Both the position numbers and the translations under genes were made by a program. A stretch of DNA of 64,000 bases from Ostrea edulis (taxonomy: Eukaryota): the NCBI RefSeq assembly GCF_947568905.1, contig NC_079171.1, positions 42,780,001 to 42,844,000 of the forward strand. Reading direction: 5' to 3'. The notes below the pieces were generated by a model, which did no database searches, had not been told where the DNA came from, and worked only from the letters and a program-made list of their open reading frames with translations. Within the stretch, counting starts at the first letter, position 1. Each line of letters begins with the position of its first letter. Below, one piece after another: positions 39,436-54,121 of the stretch.

Positions 39436-39607
39436 CCCTTTCTCTGTGTTCCTGTTCCACGTTCTGTAGAATGAGAATGGATGACAGTATGCCGATGATG
39501 ATTATTAGCACAACAATTAGTGCTATGACATAATTCCTCCTATTTTTCTGTTTCTTTGCAGCTGTGTCGGTATAGGAGAAAACATCTGATTTGCATTCTG
39601 TTTTCGG
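39436..39607 (-). CDS. Copy B transmembrane exon (PKTECKSDVFSYTDTAAKKQKNRRNYVIALIVVLIIIIGILSSILIL...)
   Basis: ttgcag acceptor, G|gtatca donor, 172 nt (3n+1). Confidence 0.85.
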
Positions 39608-40836
39608 CTGCAATAGAAATATCACCGAGTTAAGATAACAGTGTATAGGATATAAATAACCTGGGTATATGGGATGGTTTCAAGTCGAGTCCTGTCAACT
39701 ACGTGCAAGGGTAGCAATAATTCATTGTGTGGATTTATTTTAAAATGAAGGCAAAGGTCATTGAAGAAATGTAGTTTAATGAAGAAAAAATTGGGAAATA
39801 TGTTTCTGAAATAAATAGACCTCTCAGTATTATATCCTGTTTCGGAGTCTTTTCTAACTTTTGCGAGGGATTTCGAAATCAATCATTTAACTTTAAGAAG
39901 CCATTTTCTCTTGATTCTGTAGCTGCAAGCATGAAAACGTAATGCTGGAGATGTATCAGCGCTTGTTTGTGACGTTAGGTTTCCTTGATGGATGTATTTG
40001 AATCTTGTTTTATCTCCATTCGAAAATCTTTCCCTGATACAGAAACGTCACCAAAGCACAACACTCTTGTTAATTGCAAAGGGAGATTCTTTATCAAATC
40101 AAACCTTAACGTGATTCGGAATGTGAAAGAATGAAGATGAAAAAGTGATCAATTTCATAATTCTTATAAAGAACATCAAATTAAGAAATTACGAATAACG
40201 CAAACGCAGACTCCTAGAAAACGAGAATATATATACCCTGAAAGGTAGCAGAAAATGCTTTGGTGAAATAAGTAACTCATTTAGAATTATAGAAAAATTC
40301 AGCATCTGTTCAAATTCATAAACTTTGCAAGTTAATAATTATACAGGTAAATGAATGTAAAAGTAAATTATTGTACAGTTAAATAATTGTACAGATAGAT
40401 AATAATACAGTTTACAGGTAAATAATTGTACAGCAAAACAATTGTACAGATAAGTAATTGTACAATTAAATAGTCGTACATGTAAAACTTTCACAGAGAG
40501 GTGTTTGGATAACAATAACAGACAATATCTACAGGGATTCTTTAGATCTTGAGGAGGCCCAGTATACCTGAGTTTTGATAGCATTGACCTATCCACAACT
40601 GCTATTTTCTGGTAATTCAACTGTTTTTAAAAAGACCCCGGAACAATGCAAATTCAATATAATTGTAATTGTTTCCCCTCTATATACATGTACATGTATT
40701 ATGAATTACACTATCAGAAATCAAAAAATAATTAACACAATAATATCTAAAACTTGTAACTTATTGAAATAATTTATGTCATCAATTTATTATACCTCTA
40801 TATTTATAACATAAATTAATAATTGAGTCAATAATG

Positions 40837-40839
<3 letters not shown>

Positions 40840-40901
<62 letters not shown>
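40840..40901. repeat. (GA)n microsatellite
   Basis: Direct observation. Confidence 0.98.
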
Positions 40902-40909
<8 letters not shown>

Positions 40910-41818
40910 GACAGAGATACAGAGAGAGACGCTGTGTGGAGAATGTGTGTCAGCTACCCATATGAATACAACCATTATCCATACACTATGACCACAGACA
41001 TTCTGGAGAGGTCCCTGAGACAGATCCTGTGTATCTCAAAACTATATAAATAAAAAGCACAGACAGGTAGATTTCTATCATGTTCTGTCTCTGTGTATTT
41101 CTTTGAGTATCATGGTATAAAGCAATTAACACCTTGGTAGACCCTGGTCACTCCAGGTAAATAACATCTGTTTAGATTAGACTCCGCCTACATTTTCACT
41201 GACCGTACGGTCATGAGATGGGTCTTTAAATACGTTTTCTCAGATGGCCTGAATACTACTGATTTATTATTATCTATTTTGAATGCAATATCTCCTAATG
41301 CAGGTCCACCAGATTTCTAAAGATTTTCGCTTTTCTTCTTCCATGTAAAAAAAAATCATCAAACAATATACCGAGATACTTATAAAATTATGAATATTCA
41401 GGGTGACCTTTTATTTTGAATACATTATCACTTTTTTGCTGGTTTTTTTTTTTCGAAAGTTTTGGTTGAGTTGATGCATATTCTCCAGACTTTACAATAT
41501 GGAATATTGTGTCCATGTCGGCCTCATTAATTTGTGTGGCAAGGAGGGGGTGTAGTTTGATCAAGGCATCAGTTCACCGTTCATTCAACTGTTACAGTTA
41601 CATATAATGATAACAGTATATTACGATAAAAGGACAAGACCATCGTTGCTAGTACTGTATTCACATCCCAGAATGTGTAGTGTCTGTTATCAGAGGGCAA
41701 GAATGTGATATTGTTTCCAGAACAATTATATTTGACTAAATTACACGCAAGTATAATCAAAATACATTAATAAAAGAAATTCCTTCTGTCACAAAAAGTT
41801 ATTGAATAGAACATTTAC

Positions 41819-41881
41819 ATCCGAGTAGATTTGATCTCTCATTACAGTCAATGATATATGTGCATTGTCCTCCATAGTTAT
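41819..41881 (-). CDS. Copy B tail exon a (ITMEDNAHISLTVMRDQIYSD)
   Basis: ttttattcggcag acceptor, gtaaat donor, 63 nt. Confidence 0.68.
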
Positions 41882-44454
41882 CTGCCGAATAAAAGTATTA
41901 AGTGAAATTGTTTTTTAATTTGTCTTTTTCAAAGTATCGTCCCACTAATATCACATCAAATTACCGTATAGAATAATACGTTTATGTAAAGAATTAAAAA
42001 GGCATTCTGAATGCAAGATAAACATAACTGCTATTTTCGCTTATCTACTTAAAAATAAACCGGAGATAAATCAAGTTATCATATAGAAGATGAAATATTA
42101 TTTTTCAAATAATATGTTTTATGTGATCATTTTTAACACTTGGAGAATTTGTCTGGTCATGACTATATGAGTTACATACATGTATCATCTTATGTAGTCT
42201 GTGTTATGTAATCATCTTGTTTAGTTTCTTGATCACAAGTGAAGGACATGTATCTATTTTACACGTCATGTCATCGGTAATCATAAACAATGATTTTAGC
42301 TGATTGGGAGATATATTTTTATCCCTCTCATCAGCAGCCAATGAAATAATGATTAAGTGTCATGTGATCCTGTATTTATTTGTAGCTGTCCAAGTCAAAG
42401 AAAGCATTAATGTTTATGTGATTATAGAAGAAAATTTGCCCCCCACCACCCCAATCTTACCACCTTAATTCAAATGTAATATGTGCCATTTCACCTTACT
42501 GTTTATGAGTTTTTACGGATTGATTTGTACCTGCTACTATATTTGTGTTGTGTGGCAAATTTATTAGGTGCTAATTCATTTTTCTATTTTATCATGTTTG
42601 TCTTTATCGAGATTTATGAAAATTAGGGAGATCACAATGTCATTCTTGTTTAAGCTGTCTGAGTTGTAGTTTTGATACCCGTGCATCTCCCTATTATAGG
42701 GGTTGTAAATAAGTTGTCAACTTCTTCAATTGTTATTTATAAATGACAAGTTTCAACCAACAATATGTATTCCATTGTTAATTGCCAAAAAAATAACAAA
42801 GCTTTGGGACATGAAAAAAATCAGTTCCTTCGAATAGTATTTTATATTCTTATAAAAATGGAGAGTATAGCTAAGTTTATGTAAAGAATTAAAAAGGTAT
42901 CCTCAATGCAAGAGAAATATATCTGCTATTTTCGCTTATCTACTTAAAAATAAACTGGTGATAAACCAAGTTGAAAGTTCAAATGTAATTGCTATGCGAT
43001 AAACAGCACATCTTAGATTTGATTTTCTATGTATTTTATCTGACAAGTTGAAATATTACAATTACCAAGCTTGTTTGAGATGTTCAATTAGTTGATTAAG
43101 CAACTATAAATTTATCCTATAACGATTTCTTTATATACTCACTTCTAAATATAGTGTACCAATTGTGAAATAGGTTTTGTGCGGATTATTATTCACAGTT
43201 GATATAACTGTTGAACATCGACTGCAGATTATCTGTTTTATGTAGAAAATTCTTTTAGCCATCCTTTATTTTGTCATATTGATAATATAGCATTGAATTT
43301 CTCTGGGTCTAAAGGTAAAAGAGATCTCAATGATATATGCATATACAGAACAAAATCACGTTTAACCCTCCAAAATGACACTGTTAAAAACCGCACACGT
43401 CTAAACTTTTCATGCCTAAGAAGGAAAAAGTCATCAATCTAGAAATACCAGAATTTGGATTAAGTACCTAGGTGGATAATGCATTATCTGCTAGCCCTCT
43501 ATCTATATCAGGCAAACGGAGTAAACCGTAGAACAAATCGATGTGAAAACAATAGTATAACAATTGTTATGAAACATAACAAAAGGGATTCGACCTAGTG
43601 ATAGCTTGTATTCGCAAATAACATAATTATAACACCCGTTGAAAGACACAAATACCATACATGAGTAATGATGGGGCGTTGACAATATTCATCTTATTCA
43701 AAATGTAAAAATATATGCACGAAAATTCAAAATGATTTTAAACGAGAGAACAAGACCTTTTCAAGATGTTTGAAAATTTGTCAAAAATGATAATATAACA
43801 GTCAAAACCTAACAGTCAAAACTTAACACTGTGCAGGTTGTTGCTATTTCTTCATCACGCTCGCGATTGTGAATATTAGTAAATGAACAATGATTAATGT
43901 GGTAGATCCTTTAAACAATACCAAATCAATGGCAAATGCGGACCCCAATCATACCAGAGTTGAGATCAGGTGCGGAGGAGGAGAAAATATCTCCTTTTGA
44001 CAAACAACTCCAGATGTGAGCCATGTACCTTGATCAGATAATCGGAAAAATCCGTACTAAAAGTCAATGTGTAAAGAACGGCTAACCAACTGGTATGAAC
44101 AATTTCAGACAACATTTGACCCAATGGCAGTGGGTATTTTCAAATTAAATTATTAGAACGACTGTAGAATTTGCGGTATTCTGACTTTAAACTAGACCGT
44201 TGAAACCCCTACAGCATCAATTGATTTGTCAGTAGCCTGCCTCGGATTAAAATTTATCCTTTGCAGAACATGTTTCCAGGTATTGAATGAATTAATATCA
44301 TATCAAACAATATGCATATAAAAATTAAATATTGTTACACAAATACGGAAAGGTAACGATGGAGAAACTGAAGTAATATCGTTTGCCAAAAAAGTTGTGT
44401 TGTTTTCCGTGAACATCTGTCTTCATTAAACTATCAAACATGAAGCAGACGAAA

Positions 44455-44800
44455 AAAAAAAGTGATTGGTGTTTTTTTTTTTTTTACGCCCCATCGATAA
44501 TTCTTCACTCATACTGAGACGTCACCGGCCGTAAGTGAAATAACACAAAGTTAGACATATGCTTAACGTTTAGGGTCGTAGCAGTAAGGGTGCTTTATCG
44601 TGTCAACGCCTGTCGCAACACGATACCTCCGTTCTCAAAGTCATATCCGAAATACACTTCTCACTGCCGAACGTTTGGTGAAGGAGCAATTACTACCTAT
44701 TTTAACGTGTTAGGTTTGAGTCGGTGATGACACGAACGGGGCTCGAACTCATCACCTCTCAGTTGAGCAGTGAACGCTCTACCACTGAGCTACCGCGATC
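44455..44800 (-). mobile_element. tRNA-derived SINE (ortholog of 29215-29562)
   Basis: A/B boxes and near identity to the unit-A SINE. Confidence 0.78.
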
Positions 44801-45008
44801 AAATTTAGAAAACCATGTAATGTCCTTTATACCCAGTTCACTGGGATATATCCATTCAACATATGAAAAAAGTGAACGTTTATGTTTATAAAGTTTTAAT
44901 TGACAATACTAGTAAAACGTAAGCATTTTGATCATCAGACTTTTTATTGTCAGACACTGTGATATATACTTGTATATTAGAATAAAATCTTGGAAGTATA
45001 ACACTTAC

Positions 45009-45074
45009 CTCTGAGGAGATGTAATCATTCACTACAAGCAATGGTTTACGTGTATTGTTCTTGGAAGTTGCCAT
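45009..45074 (-). CDS. Copy B exon c1 (MATSKNNTRKPLLVVNDYISSE)
   Basis: Same peptide as A c1; ag|ATG and gtaagt intact. Confidence 0.68.
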
Positions 45075-46469
45075 CTACAAAATATCAGTATTACGAGTAC
45101 TCATGAGCAGAAAATTCTTTGGGAGTTATATATGTTAGATGTATATGCAAGATGACTAATGCAAATAAAATTATCAAAAATGTCATAAGTTGTTCATTTG
45201 ACTCTATCTTCCTCATTTTCATATTTTAAATACGGTATGATACATCATCCATATATCCTTTTAGAATTTCGTTTAGAAACAGTTACAATTTTTCGAATCC
45301 AATAATCAGATGAGAAAATCCATTAACAGAAACTAAGGTTGTATGAAATCTTACAAAAGAGTAGCGTAACTTAAACACAAAAACAATACTTTACAAACCA
45401 ATGAAGATCAATACCACATGACTGACATCAAGTGTAATCATAAAAATCCTGAAAAACTTTGCAAGTTTAGGATTTTAGCCCGCTGTACATTTCACAACAG
45501 TCACAAATATCTGTACAATATATCTCTCCACTTGTAATTAAACTTTAAGTAATAAAAAAACATCCATATGAAAATATTGCATACAATTCTTTGGAACTTA
45601 TATATATTAAATTCATATGCAAGATGCCTAATGCAAATAACATTATCAAAAATGTCATAAGTTGTTAATACTACTCTATCTTTATCATATTTTAAATACG
45701 GTATTATATATCATTTCAGAATCCCATGTAGAAACAATTACAATTTTTCGAATCCAACAACATGATGAGAACATCCATTAACAGAACATATGCTTGTATG
45801 AAATCGTACAAAGGAGTAACGTAACTTAATTTTTAAAGCAGTATATCACAAATCAAAGATTTCATACCACGTGACTGACATAAAGTGTAATCATCAAAAT
45901 TCGGAAAATGTTTGCAATTTTAGGGTTTTAACCCTTGGTACATCTCACAACAGTCACAGATACAAGTAAAATATATTTCTTGATTTGCAATGGAATCTTA
46001 ACCGGTAGAAAGACATGCATATGAAAATATTGCTTGAATGTAATGTAATGTTCCCTTATGAGAATATGCATCATAAAGAAGACTAACGTCGATATATTTA
46101 CCACATATATTTCTTAGATAACTCCAAATAAACAGATCAAATTATGAATGTAGTATACACAAGATGGATGTCACAACGTATCCAATTTGTAAAAGCCGTT
46201 TAAGGCACGATGAAGACCATGAATTATACTGCAGTTTGAAATTTCACTATGGGGAAGTTTGATTAGTATTCGGAAAAAATAATTATCTTGACCTTTATCT
46301 ACGATAAGGGAAATATAGACCCTGAAGCGTATTACTTCACCACTTGCACGGACCGGTACGAAACGATACTAGTAAAACGTAAGCATTTTGATCATCAGAC
46401 TTTTTTATTGTCACACACTGTCATATATAATTGTATATTAGAATAAATTGTTTGAAGGAGAACACTTAT

Positions 46470-46535
46470 CTCTGAGGAGATGTAATTATTCACTACAAGC
46501 AATGGTTTACGTATATCGTTCTTGGAAGTTGCCAT
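46470..46535 (-). pseudogene. Copy B exon c2 with a destroyed donor (GAG|ataagt)
   Basis: MATSKNDIRKPLLVVNNYISSE is open, but the GT donor has become AT (46469). Confidence 0.6.
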
Positions 46536-49283
46536 CTACAAAATATGTGTAATACGAGTTCTTATGAGCGGAAAATTCCTTGGGATTTATATATGTTAAA
46601 TTCATATCCAAGATGCCTAATGCAAATAAAATTATCAACATGTCATATATTGTTGATATGAATCTATCATTTTCATATTTAAAATATGGTATTATATATC
46701 ATTTCAGAATTTCATGTAGAAATAGTTACAATTTTTCGAATCCAATAAACAGATGAGAACATGCATTAACAGAAACCAAGCTTGTTTTAAATCTTACAAA
46801 GGAGTAGTAGAACTTAAACTCTAAATCAGTACTTTGCAAATCAATGAAGATTAATACCTTATGACTGACATAAATTGTAGTCATTAAAATTCGGAAACTC
46901 TTTGCAATGTTAGGATTTTAGCCCTTTATACATCTCACATCAGTTACAAATATAAGTACAATATAACAGTTCTATTCATTTGTAATGAGACCTTAATTGA
47001 TAGAAAGACATGGATATGAAAATTTCTCTTAAATGTAATGCAATGTTCCTTTATGACAATACTGCATCATGAAGAAAACTAACGTCGATGTATTTACCAA
47101 ATATATTTCTCAAAAAACTCCAAATAAACAGATCAAATTATGAATATATTATACAAAACATAAATTTTCCAACGTATCCAATTTGTGAAAGCCGTTTAAG
47201 GCACGATGAAGACCGCCAATAATACTACATTTTGATTGGTATTCAGGGAAAATAATTCGCTTGGACTTTATCTGCGATAGGGGAAATATAGACCCTGAAG
47301 CGTAGTACTGCACCACTTGCACAGACCGGTAAGAAACAATTTTTGCAGATAATAGTTTGCTCGATACGGTGAACGGTTTGCATGAATGGTGAACGGTTTA
47401 CACGGAACGCTTCGCATGAAATGCTATCCATTTTGTAGGTGAGGCTCGCACGCTTTGTGAACGGTCTGCAGGAAACAACAGGCATGACCTGCATGCTTTT
47501 ATTTTTTGCTATCATATGTTCTTCCCGAGGTTAATTTAAACAATACCTTATATCAATGTAATGATAATTCTAGATATTAAAAAAGGCCGTGGGAGAAATT
47601 ATTATGATCCATATTAAAATGTTTGCTCATTTACGAGGCGGTAAATTTTATTTTTACTTATCAGCTCATTGAACACATTGGGATAAAACAAATCAATCTT
47701 CAGAAATAAAAGAAAAAGATGCAAAAAGTGTATCGTCATATCATATTGATTATTCAACTTTTATTGATCCGTTGCTTTGTTAAATTCGGATGGTTCAAAC
47801 CTAAAAAAATTTCTTCCTTTACTACCCTACTTTTTCATGGAGTTTTATGACCACTTTTTTTTCCAGTAAAGATTCATATTGTATTTTATCGCATTATTGC
47901 ATTATCACATTTTTTTGTTTTTGTAACAATATTGAGAACGATGTTGTGTAATACTATTATACATTGCATTTCTAGTCAATACATGTATGCGTTTTTATCT
48001 CCCAGCCAATTTCATTCTGCATTTTTAGGACCCACATTTTTCGTCATTCTAAATAAATGACAAACTTGTACACCTAACATGTGTTTCTGTTACGATTCTA
48101 AACTGAAGAATGAGATTGAGCTCCACCGTTGTCTTGGATTAACAGCACGAGTTAAACATAAATCAATTTAAGCTGAAAATGAGAAGGCTTATATAGGCGT
48201 TACCTGCTGCTTAATCCTTATTATGTTTTTCCTAATCAAAATTAATTCTAAACTGAAAATGAAATGCATGTGCAATTTTTATCTTTCAGGCCTCTTCTCA
48301 AAGACACATGTAAAAGAAACCAGCAAGACTAAAACATGATCTATGATGGGGAGAGAGTGCAGCAAAACATCGTATTAGCCAGTCGATAAGGAGTTCTTAC
48401 GTTGGATAAGAAATAGCAATATAAAAAACAAAAAGAAACAATCAAAATATGATTGAAATAAATTCAGAAACATATAAATCAATAAAACAAATGACTAATT
48501 ACAGTTACGATCAATAGATTGTTCCGTTATGTATTCAAGTATATGCGAGCGGATCTAACATCTAATTTTGATTAGATCGTTGTATATTTATAAACCTATA
48601 GAAAACTGTATTCATTTCTGAGCGAAAAAACTTATAAACACCTCGTTGTCATATTTCAATTCCTCCCTCCGATTTCCATACCATCTGTACAAATATCAAA
48701 TTCAAATACCGAGATTAACTGACTTCTATTATGAAAAAAGCACCTGAAAATTTGCGTAAATATAAGTATTTTATTTACGTTATACACAGGTTGGTTTTTG
48801 CATTATGCAGAAATTTCAGAAAAACAATTTTGTATGGAAATATATTCATTTTAAAAATTTTACTTCAAGTAAGTGTAACAAGACAAATTATTCCTATATA
48901 CAAAAAGAAAATCATAATAAAAACTAACGAGGGCAGATAGATGGCATCCCTCTATACTTCCTGGACACTACCATTGGTGTTATAATGATTTCGTGGGCTA
49001 TGAATGTATCAAATTGCGCCCTGTCTGAGGTTTTTCAAATAACTTTTGTTTCGATTATTTCCAAATTTTCACTGTTGAAAGTCCGTCTTAGAGAACTTAT
49101 GAAATAATTGCTCGAATTCCCAATAATGACTACCTGTCTTAAATCCCTTACTGAAATGAATTGAACGATCTGAACGACCTGTACGTTTCTAAGGGCGTGG
49201 TGTGAACGGTCTGCACGTTTCTATGGACGTGGCGTGATCATTTACGGAATGATTCTTGCCCGAAACGGTTTGCGTTGAACACT

Positions 49284-49451
49284 GAACGGTTTGCACAGGA
49301 CAGTGAACAGTTTGCAAGGAACTATGAATGGTTTGCACAGGACAGTGAACGGTTTGCATGGGGCGGTGAAAGGTTTACACAGGACAATGAACTGTTTGCA
49401 CGGAACTATGAAAGGTTTGCACAGGACAGCGAACGGTCTGTACGGAACGGA
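49284..49451. repeat. 21-bp minisatellite x8 with 42-bp higher-order alternation
   Basis: gaacggtttgcacaggacagt-type units; units 1, 3, 5 and 7 share cacaggaca. Confidence 0.9.
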
Positions 49452-50589
49452 AATAAACGCTTTGGAGGTTTAACAGTACGTTTCAGGGTCTGTAGATTTT
49501 TTTTGCTAAGTGATTGGCTACTTCATTCAGTTTTTCACTTAAAACTCATTCAAGTACCTTAAAGCTTCAGGATGCTTGGTACACTGTTGAATCCTTCAAA
49601 TTCAAGATTTCTTAGTTTCGTTGATGGGTTAGTTTGTGATATGGTTTCTGTGTGTTGACAAATTATATATGATGTGTTCTTCGTTTTGGTTTCAACTTCG
49701 TTGATAATGGTAGCCATGAACTCCCGAGAAAATGTGTCCAACGAAATTTAGTGGCTCTAAAGCATTACGTGTACATTCATTTAATCATCTGCTGATCAAG
49801 TGATTTTATTCACATTATTTGTATAGTTAATGAACATTTATGGTATACAATATAAGAGTCGCTTATGAATAGCCATGAAATATAAGGCATTTTACAATGC
49901 CGAGGGTTGTACCCAGAGACGCCATTTTGAGAATATTCAAATTGATTAAATTTTCACTATAGATTAAAACTGACCCTAGGATCGGATTCTACGACCTTAA
50001 TTTTGGCAACTACGTTGCTGACAGAAATTCAACCGATTAATGATTGAGTGAATAGTATTAGAGTTATTCCTCTTTGAATAAAAACAACTGTAGATAACTA
50101 ACATGCCTACACACACACAAAATAGTACTTGTAATTTTACTGATTCATTAATCATGCATATAAAAATTTAGATATAAACCTTAATATCAATAACTTTAAG
50201 TATAGGAAATATTAAACTGACACGTAATACATTTTATACTTTCGACCTAAATCAATATCGGGCTGACGCATGACATCATTTGGCCTACATGTGTTGGAAA
50301 CTATTTTAATTGAGCGCGGAATCATCTGATCTTCTACCAAGTATCAGTTAAGTATAATCAAAATCGCACGAGTTTTTTTTCAAAGGAGCGTTGACACTAA
50401 TATTAAATACACAGTTATTTAACAACGAGTGTGTACACTGAGATTCAGAGTGGTTTTTGTTAGTGAACATAGACATGTATTTTACTTTTGTTTCCAAATG
50501 GCCAAAACTATATTGGAGGCACTTGTTACATTAAAGACAGATGTAGATGTTGGAAGAGGGAGAACGAAGCATTTACTAGTAGAAATGTA

Positions 50590-50790
50590 GAGATGCCATA
50601 AAATTAGAAAAATATATATCAAGTTCACTGGACATTTGGGCGAGGGATTGTTGACTGAATCACATGATTTTCTCTCGTGAGTAATTTAAGATGACTGGCT
50701 GTTTTCATCAATGTTTTCTTATTTTCAGTAGCTTCTATGAAGTCATCGTCGTTTAAAAGCCGAAATCTCGAGGATGATGAACATCTTGTT
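50590..50790 (-). mobile_element. Crypton-like N-terminal relic
   Basis: SRFRLLNDDDFIEATENKKTLMKTASHLKLL... Confidence 0.45.
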
Positions 50791-51399
50791 GTCATGATTA
50801 AGCAGACGAAATAAATATTCACCCGGATAATTATGTCACGTGATATGGAAGATATATATGTATAAATATCTTTCATACATTTCTGTCATATGATATCTGT
50901 ATATTACATACGCTAATCCACGTATTCCAAGGTAAACATGGACTTCAAGATTGTAAACTCGCAAAGGGCAACCTCATCTGATGTATCAGCACCTCCATCA
51001 AACATTGAGAGAGAAACTAATGAGACACCGTCACAGAGAACATATATCATCCCAATTAGATCATGAGTCATTGAACACAATATTATCCGTTATCTCACAA
51101 CTGTTAATCTCCAAAGAACGTGAGCCAGTAGGCACACATTCTGTTAATAGAAACACAATAATTTTTTTCTGTTACCAACTCTGACCCCCAATTAGCTAAA
51201 TCAAAGTAGCACGCCACAACTCCCAGTCAGTTTTTTACAGAAAACTGTCTCTTGGTGCAACAGTATCAACTAAAATTAAAAGAAAATTGCGTACAGAAAT
51301 CATGCCCCACCAAAATGATCGTCCCCTGCTCTGTAGGTGATCAATGTACAGTGCAAAAACGTTCATGTCACTTATTCATCAGTAGTAAAGTTCAACATC

Positions 51400-52330
51400 A
51401 TCCATTAGAAGCCCCCAATCTACTCAAGTATACGAGTTTCATTAGAAACAGTCTGCATTGCGATGCTGCATGATGGACTTATGACGAGTCCTTTAGAAAA
51501 CGGAAGGAATAATTTTGTTTTCTATGACAAAAGTCCATAGGGGAATGAAGAAGGAAATATATTGCTATGACATTGAAACTAAATTCTGGGAAGCCCTTTC
51601 ATGGAGAAGAAATGGGAAGAGTCCGAATTTGCTTCGCATTCAATCAAGGGAAAGGTGCAGACACAACTCATGCTACTTTTCGTACTCTTGTCAATCGTGC
51701 AGGGGACAACGGCAAGAATATGATTGCTCATTCCCATCCCAAATAGATACGAAACTCAGAGTTAGCAACTCCAGTAAAACAAGACGTACTAAATAGGAAA
51801 TACAATGGGTACAGCGCAGACATAGGGTCTAATTTCGTAAATGAGATAAAACATATATTTTCCATCGGTTGCAATCCAACTCCTATCTCTGCCACAACAT
51901 ACAACCATAGTTCAGTTTTATAACATAAGGATCTCACATTTAAAGGATTCCAAACAATAATGACAATGCTTGTTTTCGATGCCCATCCTTTGCATTAATT
52001 GTATCATACCTTTTACGCTTTGCTCCGGAGTCTGCGCCAGGAAAGTGCAGAATAATCATTGATCTCTCTTATCCGAAAGATTCTTCTGTCAATACCCAGA
52101 GAAAACCCAATAGTGTATTATTGCACAAGTGATTATTCAACTAATTCAGAATTATGGAGATTTCTACTCAATAGCAAAAATAAAAAGAACCCGGATATAT
52201 AGGATACATTTGAAAAGTTCCTGTTAACCCATCTGACTATCATATATAAGGTTTTTCTAAAATGTTGAGTTGGTTTGACGTTTAATTTATATTACCAATT
52301 ATCAGATGACGTCCTCCTTCAGCTCGTGAA
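51400..52330 (+). mobile_element. DIRS/Ngaro-like retrotransposon relic (Gag-like end plus RT start)
   Basis: LLKYTSFIR...DAA*WTYDESFRKRK; CFAFNQ...CRHNSCYFSYSCQSC zinc-finger-like run; GKCRIIIDLSYPKDSSVN; IQLIQNYG; PVNPSDYH. Confidence 0.7.
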
Positions 52331-52557
52331 AGAGTGCGAACTTATGCGGGTTGCATAAACACAATAACGTACAGGAAGAATTTTATGTCTAAAACATAAT
52401 TTGTTGTTAAAAAAGATAGTATTTACCAATGATATCGTATTATGTCATACACCTAACTCAGAATTTTATTTGTTTTGTAAGCCTAATGCATTTATAAATT
52501 TCATATCCCTTTAACAACGACAAAATAATGCGTACTAATGAAAACCGCTAATCATGT

Positions 52558-52870
52558 GAGGTGAAGATAACGAACAGTGATCAATCTCATAACTCCTACA
52601 AGCAATACAAAATAGATAATTGGGCAAACAAGGACTCCTGGACACACCAGAGGTGGGATCAGGTGCCTAGGAGGAGTAAGCATGCCCTGTTGACCGGTTA
52701 CACCCGCCGTGAGCCCCGTATCCTGATCAGGTAAACGGAGTTATCCGCAGTCAAATCAGTGTGTCTAGAACGGCTTAACAATCGGTATGAAACACGTCAG
52801 ACAGCATTTGATCCAATGCGAGGTTGTATTCACGAACTAGATCGTTATAACGACCATAGAATTTGCGACA
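52558..52870 (-). mobile_element. Penelope-like 3' fragment (young)
   Basis: Same family as 33204-33530; empty site in unit A at about 35185. Confidence 0.7.
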
Positions 52871-54121
52871 GTGAAGTGTGAATCGGTATTTATTGAAATG
52901 GCAATATATATAAGAAATACAATCAAAGAGGAGATCATATCAAACAAGTTTTCTTTGGTGTACAAAAGCAACCTTCCGTGTTACAATATAATGCATGTTA
53001 GAGATATCACTTTCAAGTCAACAAGTTTATATGGTATGGCATACATGCAGAAAAAATGTCATTCAAAATATTTTTTAAAAAACCCACAGAAAGCAAAAAG
53101 AAAAAGAAACCGCTTGTCAACCACAAACTACCGTTGTGACAATGATATATTTACATTTCATAATATATTTACCGAAACCCTTTTAACTACAATTCATAGA
53201 ATATTTACCAAAACACTGTTGTGACGATGATGTATTTACATTTCATAAAATGTTTACCAAAACACTTTTAACTACAATTGATAACATACTTACAAAAACA
53301 ATTTTAACTACAATTCATCAAATATTAACAAAAACACTTTTATTACGATATTGTACTTACATTTCATAGAATATTTAAAAAAAAACAAACAATGTCATGT
53401 CAATGATATATCCATATTTCAATTATTATTTACAAATAACACTGATATCTATATTTCATAAAATATTCATCAAAACAATGTTGTGACAATGCTATGCTTA
53501 CATTTCATGAAATATGTACCAAAACAATCTTATGACAATGCTATGCTTACATTTCAAAGAATATTTACCAAAATAATTTCATCTCCATGATATATCCATA
53601 TTTCAAAAATTATTTACAAATAACACTGATATCTACATTTCATAACATGTTATGACAATGCTATATGTACATTTGAAAAAAAAAATTATTCCGTTATGGC
53701 CTAGTATATACCCTGGGTCTATCTTTACCCGGTTGACCGTGAATAAATATCTAATTGCATGCGATATCTGATTAAGAAAAAAATTCATATCAACCAAGAA
53801 ACAAAACTCTTCTTACATTTAAATCTACACAGCAATGACGGACAATTGTCTGTATAACCTACCTTATTGTGTTTGAAGAGGTAGACTAACGTAGACTATG
53901 GTATGAGGAGCACTAGTCAAGTGGTTAAAGGAAGTGAACATGAAAATGTGAGAAAGGGTTTAAATTTGTCATTTTGATGTATATAATGAATTCTGAAAAT
54001 CAATAAGGTGTAGCTTTCTTTAGTAGGGTGATATTTCATAAAGATTAACGAATCTTTTCAATCCTTGGGAGCTACCATATTGAAAAAAATATTACCTCCC
54101 AGCTGGGTTATCTCTTAGCAT

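Noticed and set aside
49275-49562. 95-aa ERFAQDS-repeat ORF
   Set aside because: Produced by a 21-bp minisatellite; starts at TTG and is not preserved in the paralogous segment.
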